Shown one piece after another: positions 36,624 through 45,749 of a stretch of DNA of 64,000 bases. The translations under genes and the position numbers were made by a program. The DNA is from an uncultured bacterium (GTDB taxonomy: Bacteria; Bacillota; Clostridia; Christensenellales; UBA1242): contig CASXBC010000001.1 in assembly GCA_949474265.1 (NCBI GenBank), positions 20,216 through 84,215 on the forward strand, written 5' to 3'. The notes below the pieces were generated by a model that worked only from the letters and a program-made list of their open reading frames with translations, was not told the DNA's origin and did no database searches. How positions within the stretch are numbered: the stretch's first letter is position 1; each line of letters opens with the position of its first letter.

Positions 36624-37165
36624 TTTGTTTTCTCCCTTGAAACATCTTTTTCGCATGCCTTTGGTTGTGAAATTTTGTAGCATCCATAGAAAGACATATT
36701 GTTCATTTTCATATCTAAATAAGGAAATTTTTTAACGCTGGTTGTAAAACCTTCTTTGCCAACCCAAACGGATTTTCCGTTCTTTAGTTTTTCTTCTCTA
36801 TAAAAATGGAAATCCCTTGACATGAGGTTATCTTGAAAAAATATAGCAACTTTTGCAGCTCCTTTTTCAATAGGACTGTCATAATTGCATATTTCAAAAC
36901 TTAACCCTACCTTCTCAACAAAATTTTTTATGTCTGCAATAGCTTGTGCTTGAGTACCGTTTTTTAAGAATGCTTTAAAAGTTTTTTTGTCATCTTTATC
37001 CAATTTTAATTTTTTTATTTGTTTATTAGTAAAATTGAAAATGGCGTGAAAAAAACAATTGGTAAACTCAGCTGTGCTTAATTTGTACCTTTGAAAGCGT
37101 CTTGAGCCAACTTTTTCTTCTTGTAAAAAGTTTTTTAGTTTTGCAATTGTTTTTTCTGATGTCAT
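36620..37165 (-). CDS. Hypothetical protein, paralog A, of the same family
   Basis: TNCFFHAIFNFTNKQIKKLKL and DFHFYREEKLKNGKSVWVGKEG align with VNCFEHASFNLTNAQIKTLGL and DFHFLLQEKDGTWSGKCG of the downstream gene. First ATG at 37165 (the track uses TTG at 37171). Confidence 0.65.
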   Translation of the reverse strand: MTSEKTIAKLKNFLQEEKVGSRRFQRYKLSTAEFTNCFFHAIFNFTNKQIKKLKLDKDDKKTFKAFLKNGTQAQAIADIKNFVEKVGLSFEICNYDSPIEKGAAKVAIFFQDNLMSRDFHFYREEKLKNGKSVWVGKEGFTTSVKKFPYLDMKMNNMSFYGCYKISQPKACEKDVSREKTK

Positions 37166-37300
37166 AATCAAATATTACCGCAAAACTATAGATATGTCAA
37201 TACTGATTGTTTTCTTATTTATATATCTGTTAAATAATTTGCAACACTGTTGCTTTTTTTTGAGATTTTTGTTAAAATACTTTTCATAAGAAGTAAGAAA

Positions 37301-38641
37301 ATGAAAAATGATGTTGTTGTTTCAATTTCGACTCCACTTGGTAAAGGTGCAGTTGCAATAGTGAGGATGAGTGGTCAAGGGTCTTTGGATGTGGCTCTTA
37401 AACTTTTTTATTGTGACAAACTTCAAATCGAAAAAGTTTTGCCTAGATTTATGTATTTTGGAAAGCTGAGCCTTGGAAACAATGTCTTTGAAGAATGTCT
37501 TATGGTTTATTTTAAGGCACCATTTTCTTATACAGGCGAAGATATAGTAGAGTTTCAAATTCATGGTGGCGTTTTGCTTGCACAAAAAGTTGTTGAAAGA
37601 TGTCTGGAATGTGGAGCGAGAATGGCAGAGGCTGGCGAATATTCAAAGCGTGCGTTCCTCAATGGAAAAATTACCCTCGACAAAGCAGAAGCTATTATTG
37701 GCGAAATAAATGCAGAAACTGAGGGAGAGCTTAGCAGTAGTTTACAAGTGACAAATGGAAAACTTGCAAACACAGTGCTTGAACAGCAAGAAAAACTGAC
37801 CACACTCTTGGCAGAGATTGAAGTTGGAATGGATTATCCAGATGAAACAGAAGAGCTTGGATTAAAATTGGATTCTTTAAAACGATTGCAAGAAGTTGAA
37901 GATGAGATTGATGAAATTCTTGCACAATCAAAAAGTGCAACCTATCTTAAAAACGGCATTAATGTAGCTCTTGTTGGAAAGACTAATGTTGGAAAGAGTA
38001 GTGTTATGAATGCTCTTTTGGGAGAAGACAGAGCAATTGTCACAGACATTCAAGGAACAACTCGTGACAGTATAACTGAAAGTTTTATTCACAAAGGAAT
38101 CAAAATTAATTTGATTGATACTGCAGGTATAAGACAAACTGATGATGTCGTGGAAAGTATAGGGATTAACAAAAGTAAGCAAACTTTGGCAGAAGCAGAT
38201 GTTGTGCTTTTTGTTTTGGACGGAAGTGAAAAAGAATCTGAAGAGGACAGAGAGATAGAAAAACTTTTAGAGTTTTCAAAATGTATATATGTAATCAACA
38301 AATCAGATAAAAAAAGATTGGTTGAAAAAAAGAAAAACGAAGTTGAAATTTCTGCTTTGGAAAATACAAATATCTCACTTTTGAAGGATAAGATTGTCAA
38401 TTTTGTCATTGACAATGAAATTGATTTCAACAGTCTTGTGCTTACGAATGAGAGACAGTTGCAAATTTTGAAAGATGCAAGAGCTGTCGTTGAAGAGATA
38501 AAACAAACACAGTTTTTGTCTATTGATATTTTGTCAATGCTTGTAAAAAAACTTTGGCAAACATTAGGAAAGATAACGGGTAACACAGAAAATGAAAACA
38601 TCATAAATTTGATTTTTTCAAAGTTTTGTTTGGGTAAATAA
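37301..38641 (+). CDS. mnmE: tRNA modification GTPase MnmE
   Basis: Start at ATG 37301 (MKNDVVVSISTPLGKGAVAIVRMSG). G-domain GKTNVGKSS and DTAGIR. C-terminal FCLGK motif. Confidence 0.95.
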   Translation: MKNDVVVSISTPLGKGAVAIVRMSGQGSLDVALKLFYCDKLQIEKVLPRFMYFGKLSLGNNVFEECLMVYFKAPFSYTGEDIVEFQIHGGVLLAQKVVERCLECGARMAEAGEYSKRAFLNGKITLDKAEAIIGEINAETEGELSSSLQVTNGKLANTVLEQQEKLTTLLAEIEVGMDYPDETEELGLKLDSLKRLQEVEDEIDEILAQSKSATYLKNGINVALVGKTNVGKSSVMNALLGEDRAIVTDIQGTTRDSITESFIHKGIKINLIDTAGIRQTDDVVESIGINKSKQTLAEADVVLFVLDGSEKESEEDREIEKLLEFSKCIYVINKSDKKRLVEKKKNEVEISALENTNISLLKDKIVNFVIDNEIDFNSLVLTNERQLQILKDARAVVEEIKQTQFLSIDILSMLVKKLWQTLGKITGNTENENIINLIFSKFCLGK

Positions 38642-38643
38642 GG

Positions 38644-40524
38644 ATGAAAAATAGAGATGTAGAGAGTTTTGATAGTATTGTAATTGGAGCAGGTCATGCT
38701 GGCTGTGAAGCTGCTCTTGCTTTGTCACGCACCAACAACAAAACACTCTTGCTTACCATAAGTCTTGATGCAATTGCTTTTTTGGCATGTAATCCATCAA
38801 TTGGTGGAACGGCAAAAGGTCAACTTGTTGGAGAGATTGATGCTCTTGGTGGACAAATGGGAATCAATGCCGACAAAACGGCAATCCAAATCAGAATGCT
38901 CAACAGTGGAAAAGGTCCAGCCGTGCAAAGTTTGAGGGCCCAGGCTGATAAGAATGCTTATCATGTTGAGATGAAAAAGACTCTTGAAGAAGAGAAAAAT
39001 CTTTTTGTCAGACAAGGCGAAGTTGTTGATATAGAGCTTGACGGAGACTTTAAGATTGTTACAACTCAACTTGGGCAAAAGTTTAAAGCCAAAAGCTTGG
39101 TGTTTGCCACAGGAGTTTATTTAAAAAGCGAAATCATTATTGGTCAGTGCAGGGAAGCGGTCGGTCCAAACGGCTTTAAAAGAAGTGGCACTCTTTCTGA
39201 CAGTTTGTCAAAACTTGGAATAAAGCTTTTAAGATTTAAAACGGGAACCCCTGTGCGTCTGCATGGACGCAGTGTGGATTATTCAAAGATGGAAATTCAG
39301 TATGGTGATGACAAGATAATGCCTTTTTCATTTATGAGTGAGCAGTCCCCTAAAAACAAAACTGTTTGCTATTTGACCTATACCACACCACAAACTCATC
39401 AAATAATAATGGACAATTTGGATAAAGCCCCTGCCATTTCTGGAGAGATAAAGGGCATTGGTCCAAGATACTGTCCGTCTATTGAAACAAAAGTTGTCAG
39501 ATTTGCTGACAAAGAAAGACATCAATTGTTTTTGGAGCCAGAAGCGCTTGACACACAAGAGTTGTATTTGCAAGGCTTTAGCACATCCATGCCTGCGGAT
39601 ATTCAACAGGAAATGGTACATTCTGTGATTGGGCTTGAAAATGCTGAGATAATGAGAGATGCTTATGCTATTGAATATGACTGCATTGAGCCAACACAAC
39701 TTAAGCCAACGCTAGAACTAAAATCAATTCAAGGTCTGTTTTTTGCTGGACAGATAAATGGAACAAGTGGTTATGAAGAAGCTGCGGCTCAAGGGCTTAT
39801 TGCTGGGATTAATGCCAATTTGTATAACCACAACAAAGACCAATTGGTTTTGAAGAGAAGTGATGCTTATATAGGTGTTTTGATTGATGATATTGTTACG
39901 AAAGGAACAAATGAGCCTTACCGAATGATGACAAGTCGTGCAGAATATAGATTGTTGCTTAGGCAAGACAATGCTGATGTTAGATTGACTGAGATTGGAA
40001 GAAAAGTTGGTCTTGTTAGTGATGATAGATACAAAAAGTTTCTTGCAAAACAAGAGATGATGAGTCAGATAGAAGAAAAACTGCAGAGAAAAGTTAAGGT
40101 TGATGAGGTTTTTATAAAGCTTTTTGAAGAAAATGGTGAAAGTATTCCAAAAGAAAGTATGAAACTGCGTGAAATGATGAGAAGAAATAACATTGACATT
40201 TTCAAGCTTGACAATGCCTATAATTTGTTTGATGAAACAGAAAAACCATTTTTGGATTTTGTGAACGTCAATATAAAATATGAAGGCTATTTAAAACAAC
40301 AGCAAGAAGATGTTGACAAAATGCTGGCAAATGAAAATATTTTTATTCCAGAGACCTTTAATTATAAAGGTGCGAAAGGATTGAGAACTGAAGCTATTGA
40401 AAAATTGGACGCTATCCGTCCACTCAATCTCGGACAAGCCTCAAGAATTTCTGGTGTGTCCCCTGCAGACATTGCTGTGCTTTCAGTTTTGGTAAAAAAA
40501 TTTAAAGACGAGAATGGTAGATGA
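38644..40524 (+). CDS. mnmG: tRNA uridine 5-carboxymethylaminomethyl modification enzyme MnmG (GidA)
   Basis: FAD-binding N-terminus VIGAGHAGCEAA; 626 aa; conserved along its full length. Confidence 0.97.
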   Translation: MKNRDVESFDSIVIGAGHAGCEAALALSRTNNKTLLLTISLDAIAFLACNPSIGGTAKGQLVGEIDALGGQMGINADKTAIQIRMLNSGKGPAVQSLRAQADKNAYHVEMKKTLEEEKNLFVRQGEVVDIELDGDFKIVTTQLGQKFKAKSLVFATGVYLKSEIIIGQCREAVGPNGFKRSGTLSDSLSKLGIKLLRFKTGTPVRLHGRSVDYSKMEIQYGDDKIMPFSFMSEQSPKNKTVCYLTYTTPQTHQIIMDNLDKAPAISGEIKGIGPRYCPSIETKVVRFADKERHQLFLEPEALDTQELYLQGFSTSMPADIQQEMVHSVIGLENAEIMRDAYAIEYDCIEPTQLKPTLELKSIQGLFFAGQINGTSGYEEAAAQGLIAGINANLYNHNKDQLVLKRSDAYIGVLIDDIVTKGTNEPYRMMTSRAEYRLLLRQDNADVRLTEIGRKVGLVSDDRYKKFLAKQEMMSQIEEKLQRKVKVDEVFIKLFEENGESIPKESMKLREMMRRNNIDIFKLDNAYNLFDETEKPFLDFVNVNIKYEGYLKQQQEDVDKMLANENIFIPETFNYKGAKGLRTEAIEKLDAIRPLNLGQASRISGVSPADIAVLSVLVKKFKDENGR

Positions 40525-41216
40525 AAAATTTGAAGAAAGTATTTGAAAAATATGGAATTTCATTATCAGAAGAGCAAGAGACTCAGTTTGATAAATATTT
40601 TTCTATGCTTATTGAAACAAATAAGGTTTTAAATCTGACTGCAATAACTGAAGAGCAAGAGGTTTTAATAAAACATTTTTTAGACAGTGCATTGCCATTT
40701 GCTTACATTCCTCAAAATTCAAAAGTTGTAGATGTTGGCTCTGGGGCTGGATTTCCAGCCTTGCCACTTAAGATTGTTAGACCAGACTTGAATGTCTGTA
40801 TGGTTGACAGCTTAAATAAAAGAATAAACTTCTTGAGCAATGTTATTTCAGAGTTAAAGTTAAAGGATGCAACTGCTGTACACTCTCGTGCAGAGGATTT
40901 CGCAAAGGAAAATAGAGAAAAGTTTGATGTTGCTGTAGCTAGAGCGGTGGCAAGCTTAAACACCCTTGTTGAATATTTGCTGCCTTTAATAAAAGTTGGA
41001 GGTATTGCTGTTATTTATAAATCTTCAAAATTGCAAGAAGAAATTGAAGTGGCGAAAAAAGCAATTGCGGTTTTGGGTGGAAAAATAACTGAAGTTGTAA
41101 ATTTTGTAATAGAAGAAAGTTTGGAGCGTAATGTTTTAATAATAAAAAAGATTGGAAAAACACCTCCAAAATATCCGAGAGATAAAAACAAGCCAAAACT
41201 TATGCCAATAAGTTGA
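40521..41216 (+). CDS. rsmG: 16S rRNA (guanine527-N7)-methyltransferase RsmG (GidB)
   Basis: SAM motif VVDVGSGAGFPALPLKI; ATGA overlap with mnmG. Confidence 0.92.
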   Translation: MKNLKKVFEKYGISLSEEQETQFDKYFSMLIETNKVLNLTAITEEQEVLIKHFLDSALPFAYIPQNSKVVDVGSGAGFPALPLKIVRPDLNVCMVDSLNKRINFLSNVISELKLKDATAVHSRAEDFAKENREKFDVAVARAVASLNTLVEYLLPLIKVGGIAVIYKSSKLQEEIEVAKKAIAVLGGKITEVVNFVIEESLERNVLIIKKIGKTPPKYPRDKNKPKLMPIS

Positions 41217-41340
41217 AAATTGTTTTTGTTATAACAAAATGTTAATTTAATTATCAAAAATAGGTGATTTTGTAAAATTCTGCCTATTTTTCTTTATTTT
41301 TTTCTATTATTCTTGTATAATTTATAAAAAGGAATAAGAA

Positions 41341-42168
41341 ATGGGAAAGATTATTGCGTTTGCAAACCAAAAAGGTGGTGTCGGAAAAACCACCACTTGT
41401 GTCAATGTTGCAACTTATATGGCACTTATGGGCAAAAAAGTTTTGATTTTGGATATGGACCCACAAGGTAATGCAACTAGTGGCGTTGGAATCAGTAAAA
41501 CTAAAGATTTAAAAACAATTTATGACCTTATTGATGGCGAAAGTGCTTATGAGGATGTAATAAAAACTACTATTGTAGAAAATTTGTATTTGATACCTTC
41601 TACTGTTGACCTTGCTGGTGCAGAAGTAGAGCTTATTGCTCTTCCTCAAAGAGAAAAAATTATCAAAAAAATTTTGGATGAAATTAAGGCTAGTTATGAT
41701 TTTATTTTGATTGACTGCCCTCCTTCACTTGGACTTATCACTGTCAATGCTCTTACAGCATCAGATAGTGTGCTTATACCAATACAGTGTGAGTTTTTTG
41801 CACTTGAAGGTTTAACTCAACTTATGAATACCATAAGATTGATAAAGTATCGTGAATTTAATCCAAACCTTGATATTGAAGGTGTTGTAATGACAATGAA
41901 AGATAAGCGTTTTAATCTTACTACTCAGGTAAGCAATGAAATTGTTAAGTTTTTCAAGCAAAAGGTTTATCTTACAACAATTCCAAGAAATGTTAGGCTT
42001 GCTGAAGCACCAAGTCATGGTTTGCCGGTAGCTCTTTATGATGCAAATTCAAAAGGTGCAGAAGCTTATTTAAGTCTTACAGAAGAAATTTTAAAACGCA
42101 ACAAAGTGCCTTTTACAAAAATTTCAAAGGTAAGAAAGATTAAGTTTAAGGGAGAAAGTGATGAGTAA
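41341..42168 (+). CDS. parA: Chromosome partitioning ATPase ParA/Soj
   Basis: Deviant Walker A: KIIAFANQKGGVGKTTT. Confidence 0.92.
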   Translation: MGKIIAFANQKGGVGKTTTCVNVATYMALMGKKVLILDMDPQGNATSGVGISKTKDLKTIYDLIDGESAYEDVIKTTIVENLYLIPSTVDLAGAEVELIALPQREKIIKKILDEIKASYDFILIDCPPSLGLITVNALTASDSVLIPIQCEFFALEGLTQLMNTIRLIKYREFNPNLDIEGVVMTMKDKRFNLTTQVSNEIVKFFKQKVYLTTIPRNVRLAEAPSHGLPVALYDANSKGAEAYLSLTEEILKRNKVPFTKISKVRKIKFKGESDE

Positions 42169-43102
42169 TAATAGAGGCTTAGGAAGAGGGCTTGAAGCTC
42201 TTTTTGGTGCGTTCAATGAGGATAATAGTTATAAAAATGTAACTAATCAAAAGGCGGATAAAACCAATGGTGTTTTGGAATTGGAAATCTCAAAAATCAA
42301 ACCAAATCCAAATCAGCCAAGAAAAAACTTTGATATAGATGCACTTAATGAGCTTGCATCTTCTATAAAAGTTCATGGAATAGTTCAGCCTATTGTTGTA
42401 AATAAGCAAGCGGATGGAGAATATCTCATAATAGCTGGTGAAAGAAGATGGAGAGCTGCAAATATTTGTGGTCTTAAAACAGTGCCTGTTATTGTTAAGA
42501 ATTATACAGACAAGCAAGTTAAAGAAATTAGTATTATAGAAAACTTACAAAGAGAAGATTTAAATCCTATTGAAGCAGCAAGAGCGATAAAAGAACTTAT
42601 GGATGAATATGGTCTTACTCAAGAAACTGTTTCAGAAAGAATAGGAAAAAGCCGTTCTAATATAGCCAACACTTTGAGATTGCTTTCTCTCTATCCTGAT
42701 GTAATAAAGTTGGTTGAAGAAGGGAAGTTGTCTTCAGGTCATGCAAGATGTTTGGTTGTTATTAATGACAAAAACGAACAAATTAAGCTAGCGCAAGCAG
42801 TTATTTCTAAAAATTTAAATGTTAGAGACCTTGAAAAGCTTGTTAAAAACCTTACAAATCCAACAAAGAAGGTTGTAGTCAAAGAAGAGCAGTCTATTGA
42901 ACTAAAAGAGCTTATTAATCAAATGCAAAAAACGTTTGCAACAAAAGTTTCTGCCATTGGCAATGACAACAAGGGAAGAATTTATATAGATTATTATTCA
43001 AGAGATGATTTAGATAGAATAGCAGAGCTTTTGGAATTGTTAAACAAAAAAGAAATGACTCTACAGGACCTTCAAAACTATAATAGAAGAAATGGTAAAT
43101 AG
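42161..43102 (+). CDS. parB: Chromosome partitioning protein ParB/Spo0J
   Basis: GLGRGLEALF N-terminus; ParB box IIAGERRWRAA; helix-turn-helix TQETVSERIGKSRSNIANTLRLL. Start at ATG 42161. Confidence 0.92.
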   Translation: MSNNRGLGRGLEALFGAFNEDNSYKNVTNQKADKTNGVLELEISKIKPNPNQPRKNFDIDALNELASSIKVHGIVQPIVVNKQADGEYLIIAGERRWRAANICGLKTVPVIVKNYTDKQVKEISIIENLQREDLNPIEAARAIKELMDEYGLTQETVSERIGKSRSNIANTLRLLSLYPDVIKLVEEGKLSSGHARCLVVINDKNEQIKLAQAVISKNLNVRDLEKLVKNLTNPTKKVVVKEEQSIELKELINQMQKTFATKVSAIGNDNKGRIYIDYYSRDDLDRIAELLELLNKKEMTLQDLQNYNRRNGK

Positions 43103-43113
43103 TTTTAAAATAA

Positions 43114-43129
43114 TGTTTCACGTGAAACA
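43114..43129. promoter_or_regulatory. parS site, perfect 16-bp palindrome TGTTTCACGTGAAACA
   Basis: Exact match to the Firmicute parS consensus tGTTNCACGTGAAACa. Begins 12 nt after the parB stop and is followed by a T-run. Confidence 0.85.
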
Positions 43130-43240
43130 TTATTTTTTTGTCTAATTGTAACAATATGCTAATTATTTGCTTAGATTTGCTTGCACTCTATTAAAGTTAT
43201 AAGAAATTACTATTATAAATCTTAAAAATATATTTTTAAT

Positions 43241-43256
43241 TGTTTCACGTGAAACA
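43241..43256. promoter_or_regulatory. Second perfect parS site, TGTTTCACGTGAAACA
   Basis: Identical 16-mer 127 bp downstream of the first. Confidence 0.85.
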
Positions 43257-43374
43257 TTTTTTATTCAAAACATATAGCCATTCATAGCACAAATTCTATA
43301 TTAAAATTTGTCAATAATTTGACTAAATATTGGTCTTCATGATATAATGTCTTAAACTTTAACGGAGGTAAAAT

Positions 43375-43917
43375 ATGAAAAGTTTACAAGGAACAAAAAC
43401 CGAACAAAATCTTAAAGATGCGTTTGCTGGAGAAAGTCAAGCAAGAAACAAATATACTTATTTCGCATCAAGAGCAAAGAAAGATGGATATGAACAAATC
43501 GCATCTATTTTTACTGAAACAGCAGACAATGAGAAAGAACATGCAAAAATGTGGTTTAAAGAACTTCACGGAGGAAGTGTTCCAGAAACATACGAAAACT
43601 TGCTTGATGCTGCAGCTGGTGAAAGAGGTGAATGGACAGAAATGTATAAGAGAATGGCTGAGGAAGCTAGAGCCGAAGGCTTTGATGCTATTGCATACAA
43701 ATTTGAAGCAGTTGCTGCAATTGAGAAGAGACATGAAGAAAGATACACTAAATTAGCAGAGCTTGTTAAAGAGAAGAAAGTGTTTGCAAAATCAGAAAAG
43801 AAAATGTGGATTTGCAGAAATTGTGGTCATGTTTATGTAGGAGAAAATGCACCAAAGGTTTGTCCTGTTTGTGCTCATGAGCAAGCATATTTTCAAGTGT
43901 TGAATGAAGAATTTTAA
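43375..43917 (+). CDS. rbr: Rubrerythrin
   Basis: Ferritin-like diiron N-domain (TEQNLKDAFAGESQARNKY, EKEHAKMW) plus a C-terminal rubredoxin CRNCG...CPVC. Confidence 0.92.
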   Translation: MKSLQGTKTEQNLKDAFAGESQARNKYTYFASRAKKDGYEQIASIFTETADNEKEHAKMWFKELHGGSVPETYENLLDAAAGERGEWTEMYKRMAEEARAEGFDAIAYKFEAVAAIEKRHEERYTKLAELVKEKKVFAKSEKKMWICRNCGHVYVGENAPKVCPVCAHEQAYFQVLNEEF

Positions 43918-44010
43918 TTATCATACAGTTATATTTTTATAACATTATAATTGTAAATTTCTTTTAAACAATTAATTTGACAATTTTAGTTTAGAAAGTT
44001 TAATAATATA

Positions 44011-44040
44011 TTGACAAGGTTGATAGAATTGTGTTAATAT
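44011..44040 (+). promoter_or_regulatory. Promoter for tRNA-Ser (TTGACA, 18-nt spacer, TG-extended TAATAT)
   Basis: TTGACA at 44011-44016; gTGtTAATAT ending at 44040. Confidence 0.5.
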
Positions 44041-44073
44041 AACAACGCAAGAGTATATCAATCTTGTTTATGT

Positions 44074-44164
44074 GGAGAGTTACTCAAGAGGTCGAAGAGG
44101 CTCCCCTGCTAAGGGAGTAGGGTTGTAACAGGCCGCGAGAGTTCGAATCTCTCACTCTCCGCCA
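44074..44164 (+). tRNA. tRNA-Ser (anticodon GCU), class II with long variable arm and encoded CCA
   Basis: Acceptor GGAGAGT/ACTCTCC. Anticodon stem CTCCC/GGGAG with loop CT-GCT-AA. T-arm GAGAG-TTCGAAT-CTCTC. 3' end G-CCA. Confidence 0.9.
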
Positions 44165-44169
44165 TAATG

Positions 44170-44208
44170 AACACACATCCTGAAGATAAATGTGGATGTG
44201 TGTTTTTT
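44170..44208 (+). terminator. Terminator after tRNA-Ser
   Basis: 11-bp stem AACACACATCC/GGATGTGTGTT followed by a T-run. Confidence 0.85.
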
Positions 44209-44284
44209 ATTTTTTTGAGGATTGTTGAAAACTGAGTGGAAATTAGTTTTGTCGTTTTGGATTATTAGAAAATATAATAATTAT

Positions 44285-45235
44285 ATGAAGTTAATTGAAA
44301 AAATCGAAGTACTTAAAAAGTTTGTTGGACATACACCGCTTTTAAACATAGAATGCAAGTACAAAAATCAAACAAAACATATTCAATGCAAAGCGGAGTG
44401 GATGAATCCAAGCGGAAGTATCAAAGACCGTCCAGCTGTTTATATGTTGGAAGATGCAATATTAAAAGGAAAATTAAAAGAGGGGCAGACCATTTGCGAA
44501 ACAACAAGTGGAAATATGGGCTTGTCGTTGGCATGGATTGCGAATTACTTGAAGATGGAGGTTATTATATGTATGCCGAAATTTATGAGTGATGAGCGAA
44601 AGAAACTTCTCTCTATGTATGGTGCAAAACTTATTTTAACTGACAGTTTTGAAGAAGCTTTTTCAAAAGCGGAAGAATTTGGGAGAAGCGGAGCATTTCT
44701 TCCATTGCAATTTGAAAATAGTGTCAATATTTTGGCACATGAAAATTCTACAGCAAAAGAAATTGAAGCTCAGACAAAATTATTTCCAGCCTTTGTTTCT
44801 GGTGTTGGTACAGGAGGAACTCTTATTGGGGTTGGGGGTTATTTAAAAAGAAAATACAAAACAAAGGTGGTTGCTCTTGAGCCTTATGAAAGTAAATTGC
44901 TTTCACAGCATGACCTTTTGGGGAAACATAAAATTCAAGGTCTTGCTGACCACATTATCCCACAAAACTATCATAGCGAAGTGGTAGATGAAATTGTCAG
45001 CATAAAGAGTGATGATGCAATTGCTATGTCTCAAAAATTATCTCACGAGTTTGGACTGTGCGTGGGTATTTCAAGTGGTGCAAATTTTTTGGCGACAGTC
45101 TTATTTGGTGACGACAACACAATTACGCTGTTTCCTGACGATAACAAAAAATATATTTCTACCGAGCTTGCGGTGCCTATTCAAAGCGAACTTGTTGATG
45201 AAATTGAGTTAATAGACTTCAAGATTACGCAATGA
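44285..45235 (+). CDS. cysK: Cysteine synthase / O-acetylserine sulfhydrylase family PLP enzyme
   Basis: Start at ATG 44285 (MKLIEKIEVLKKFVGHTPLL). PLP-lysine motif NPSGSIKDRPA. TSGNMG and GVGTGGT loops. Confidence 0.85.
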   Translation: MKLIEKIEVLKKFVGHTPLLNIECKYKNQTKHIQCKAEWMNPSGSIKDRPAVYMLEDAILKGKLKEGQTICETTSGNMGLSLAWIANYLKMEVIICMPKFMSDERKKLLSMYGAKLILTDSFEEAFSKAEEFGRSGAFLPLQFENSVNILAHENSTAKEIEAQTKLFPAFVSGVGTGGTLIGVGGYLKRKYKTKVVALEPYESKLLSQHDLLGKHKIQGLADHIIPQNYHSEVVDEIVSIKSDDAIAMSQKLSHEFGLCVGISSGANFLATVLFGDDNTITLFPDDNKKYISTELAVPIQSELVDEIELIDFKITQ

Positions 45236-45749
45236 TTTTGAACATTAAAATTGTTATTAAATTATAAGCATTGATACTTAAATTAGATTGATGTAATAAA
45301 AAATATTGTAAAATAATTTCACTTTTATCTTTTTGATGATGTGAAATTTTTATATAATCTATATGCTAACAAACAATTTGTTTTATAATAGAAATATGAA
45401 AAAGTTAAAGTTTTTAAAGCAAAGCCGGAACATAAAGATTGATTGTTAAAAGCAAATATGATTATTCATGAAATAATTAAAATAGTGAGGCGAGACTACT
45501 TGCAGAGATGTTTGAAAGGGGTTGTTTTTTTGAAGAGGCTGAGTTTCGTTTTTGACTTTACCATAGTGCAAAGCAATGATAAAATCAAACCTTTTGTTCT
45601 TTGTTGGGATTTTTAAGAGGTTTATTTCTTCAAAAAAGAGATTTTACATAATTTAAAGATTGATTAATAACAGCTTTTGATGCTTTTGTAAGCTTGTTTT
45701 TATTTGGGATTTCTTGGTGGCTGTGATAAAATAAAAAAGAGGCATTATT

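Noticed and set aside
38089-38697. 202-aa minus-strand ORF, with similar long antisense ORFs at 48479-49201 (240 aa), 61691-62332 and 61932-62504 (213 and 190 aa), 21166-21696 (176 aa), 54309-54890 (193 aa) and 17571-18002 (143 aa)
   Set aside because: Each lies fully antisense to, or overlapping, a strongly conserved gene (mnmE, adh, jag, the FtsL-position gene/rsmH, gatA/gatB, the YugP-like peptidase). Each has Ser/Phe/Cys/Leu-rich nonsense composition. They are typical shadow ORFs in low-GC DNA.
43131-43374. A PerR/Fur-type operator upstream of rubrerythrin
   Set aside because: AT-rich near-palindromes exist (for example ttataagaaattactattataa), but none matches a Per/Fur box convincingly enough to call by eye.
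45380-45620. Small ORFs (about 17 and 52 aa) in the cysK-GNAT spacer
   Set aside because: There is no convincing RBS or recognisable sequence, so I cannot support them as genes. They may be remnants.
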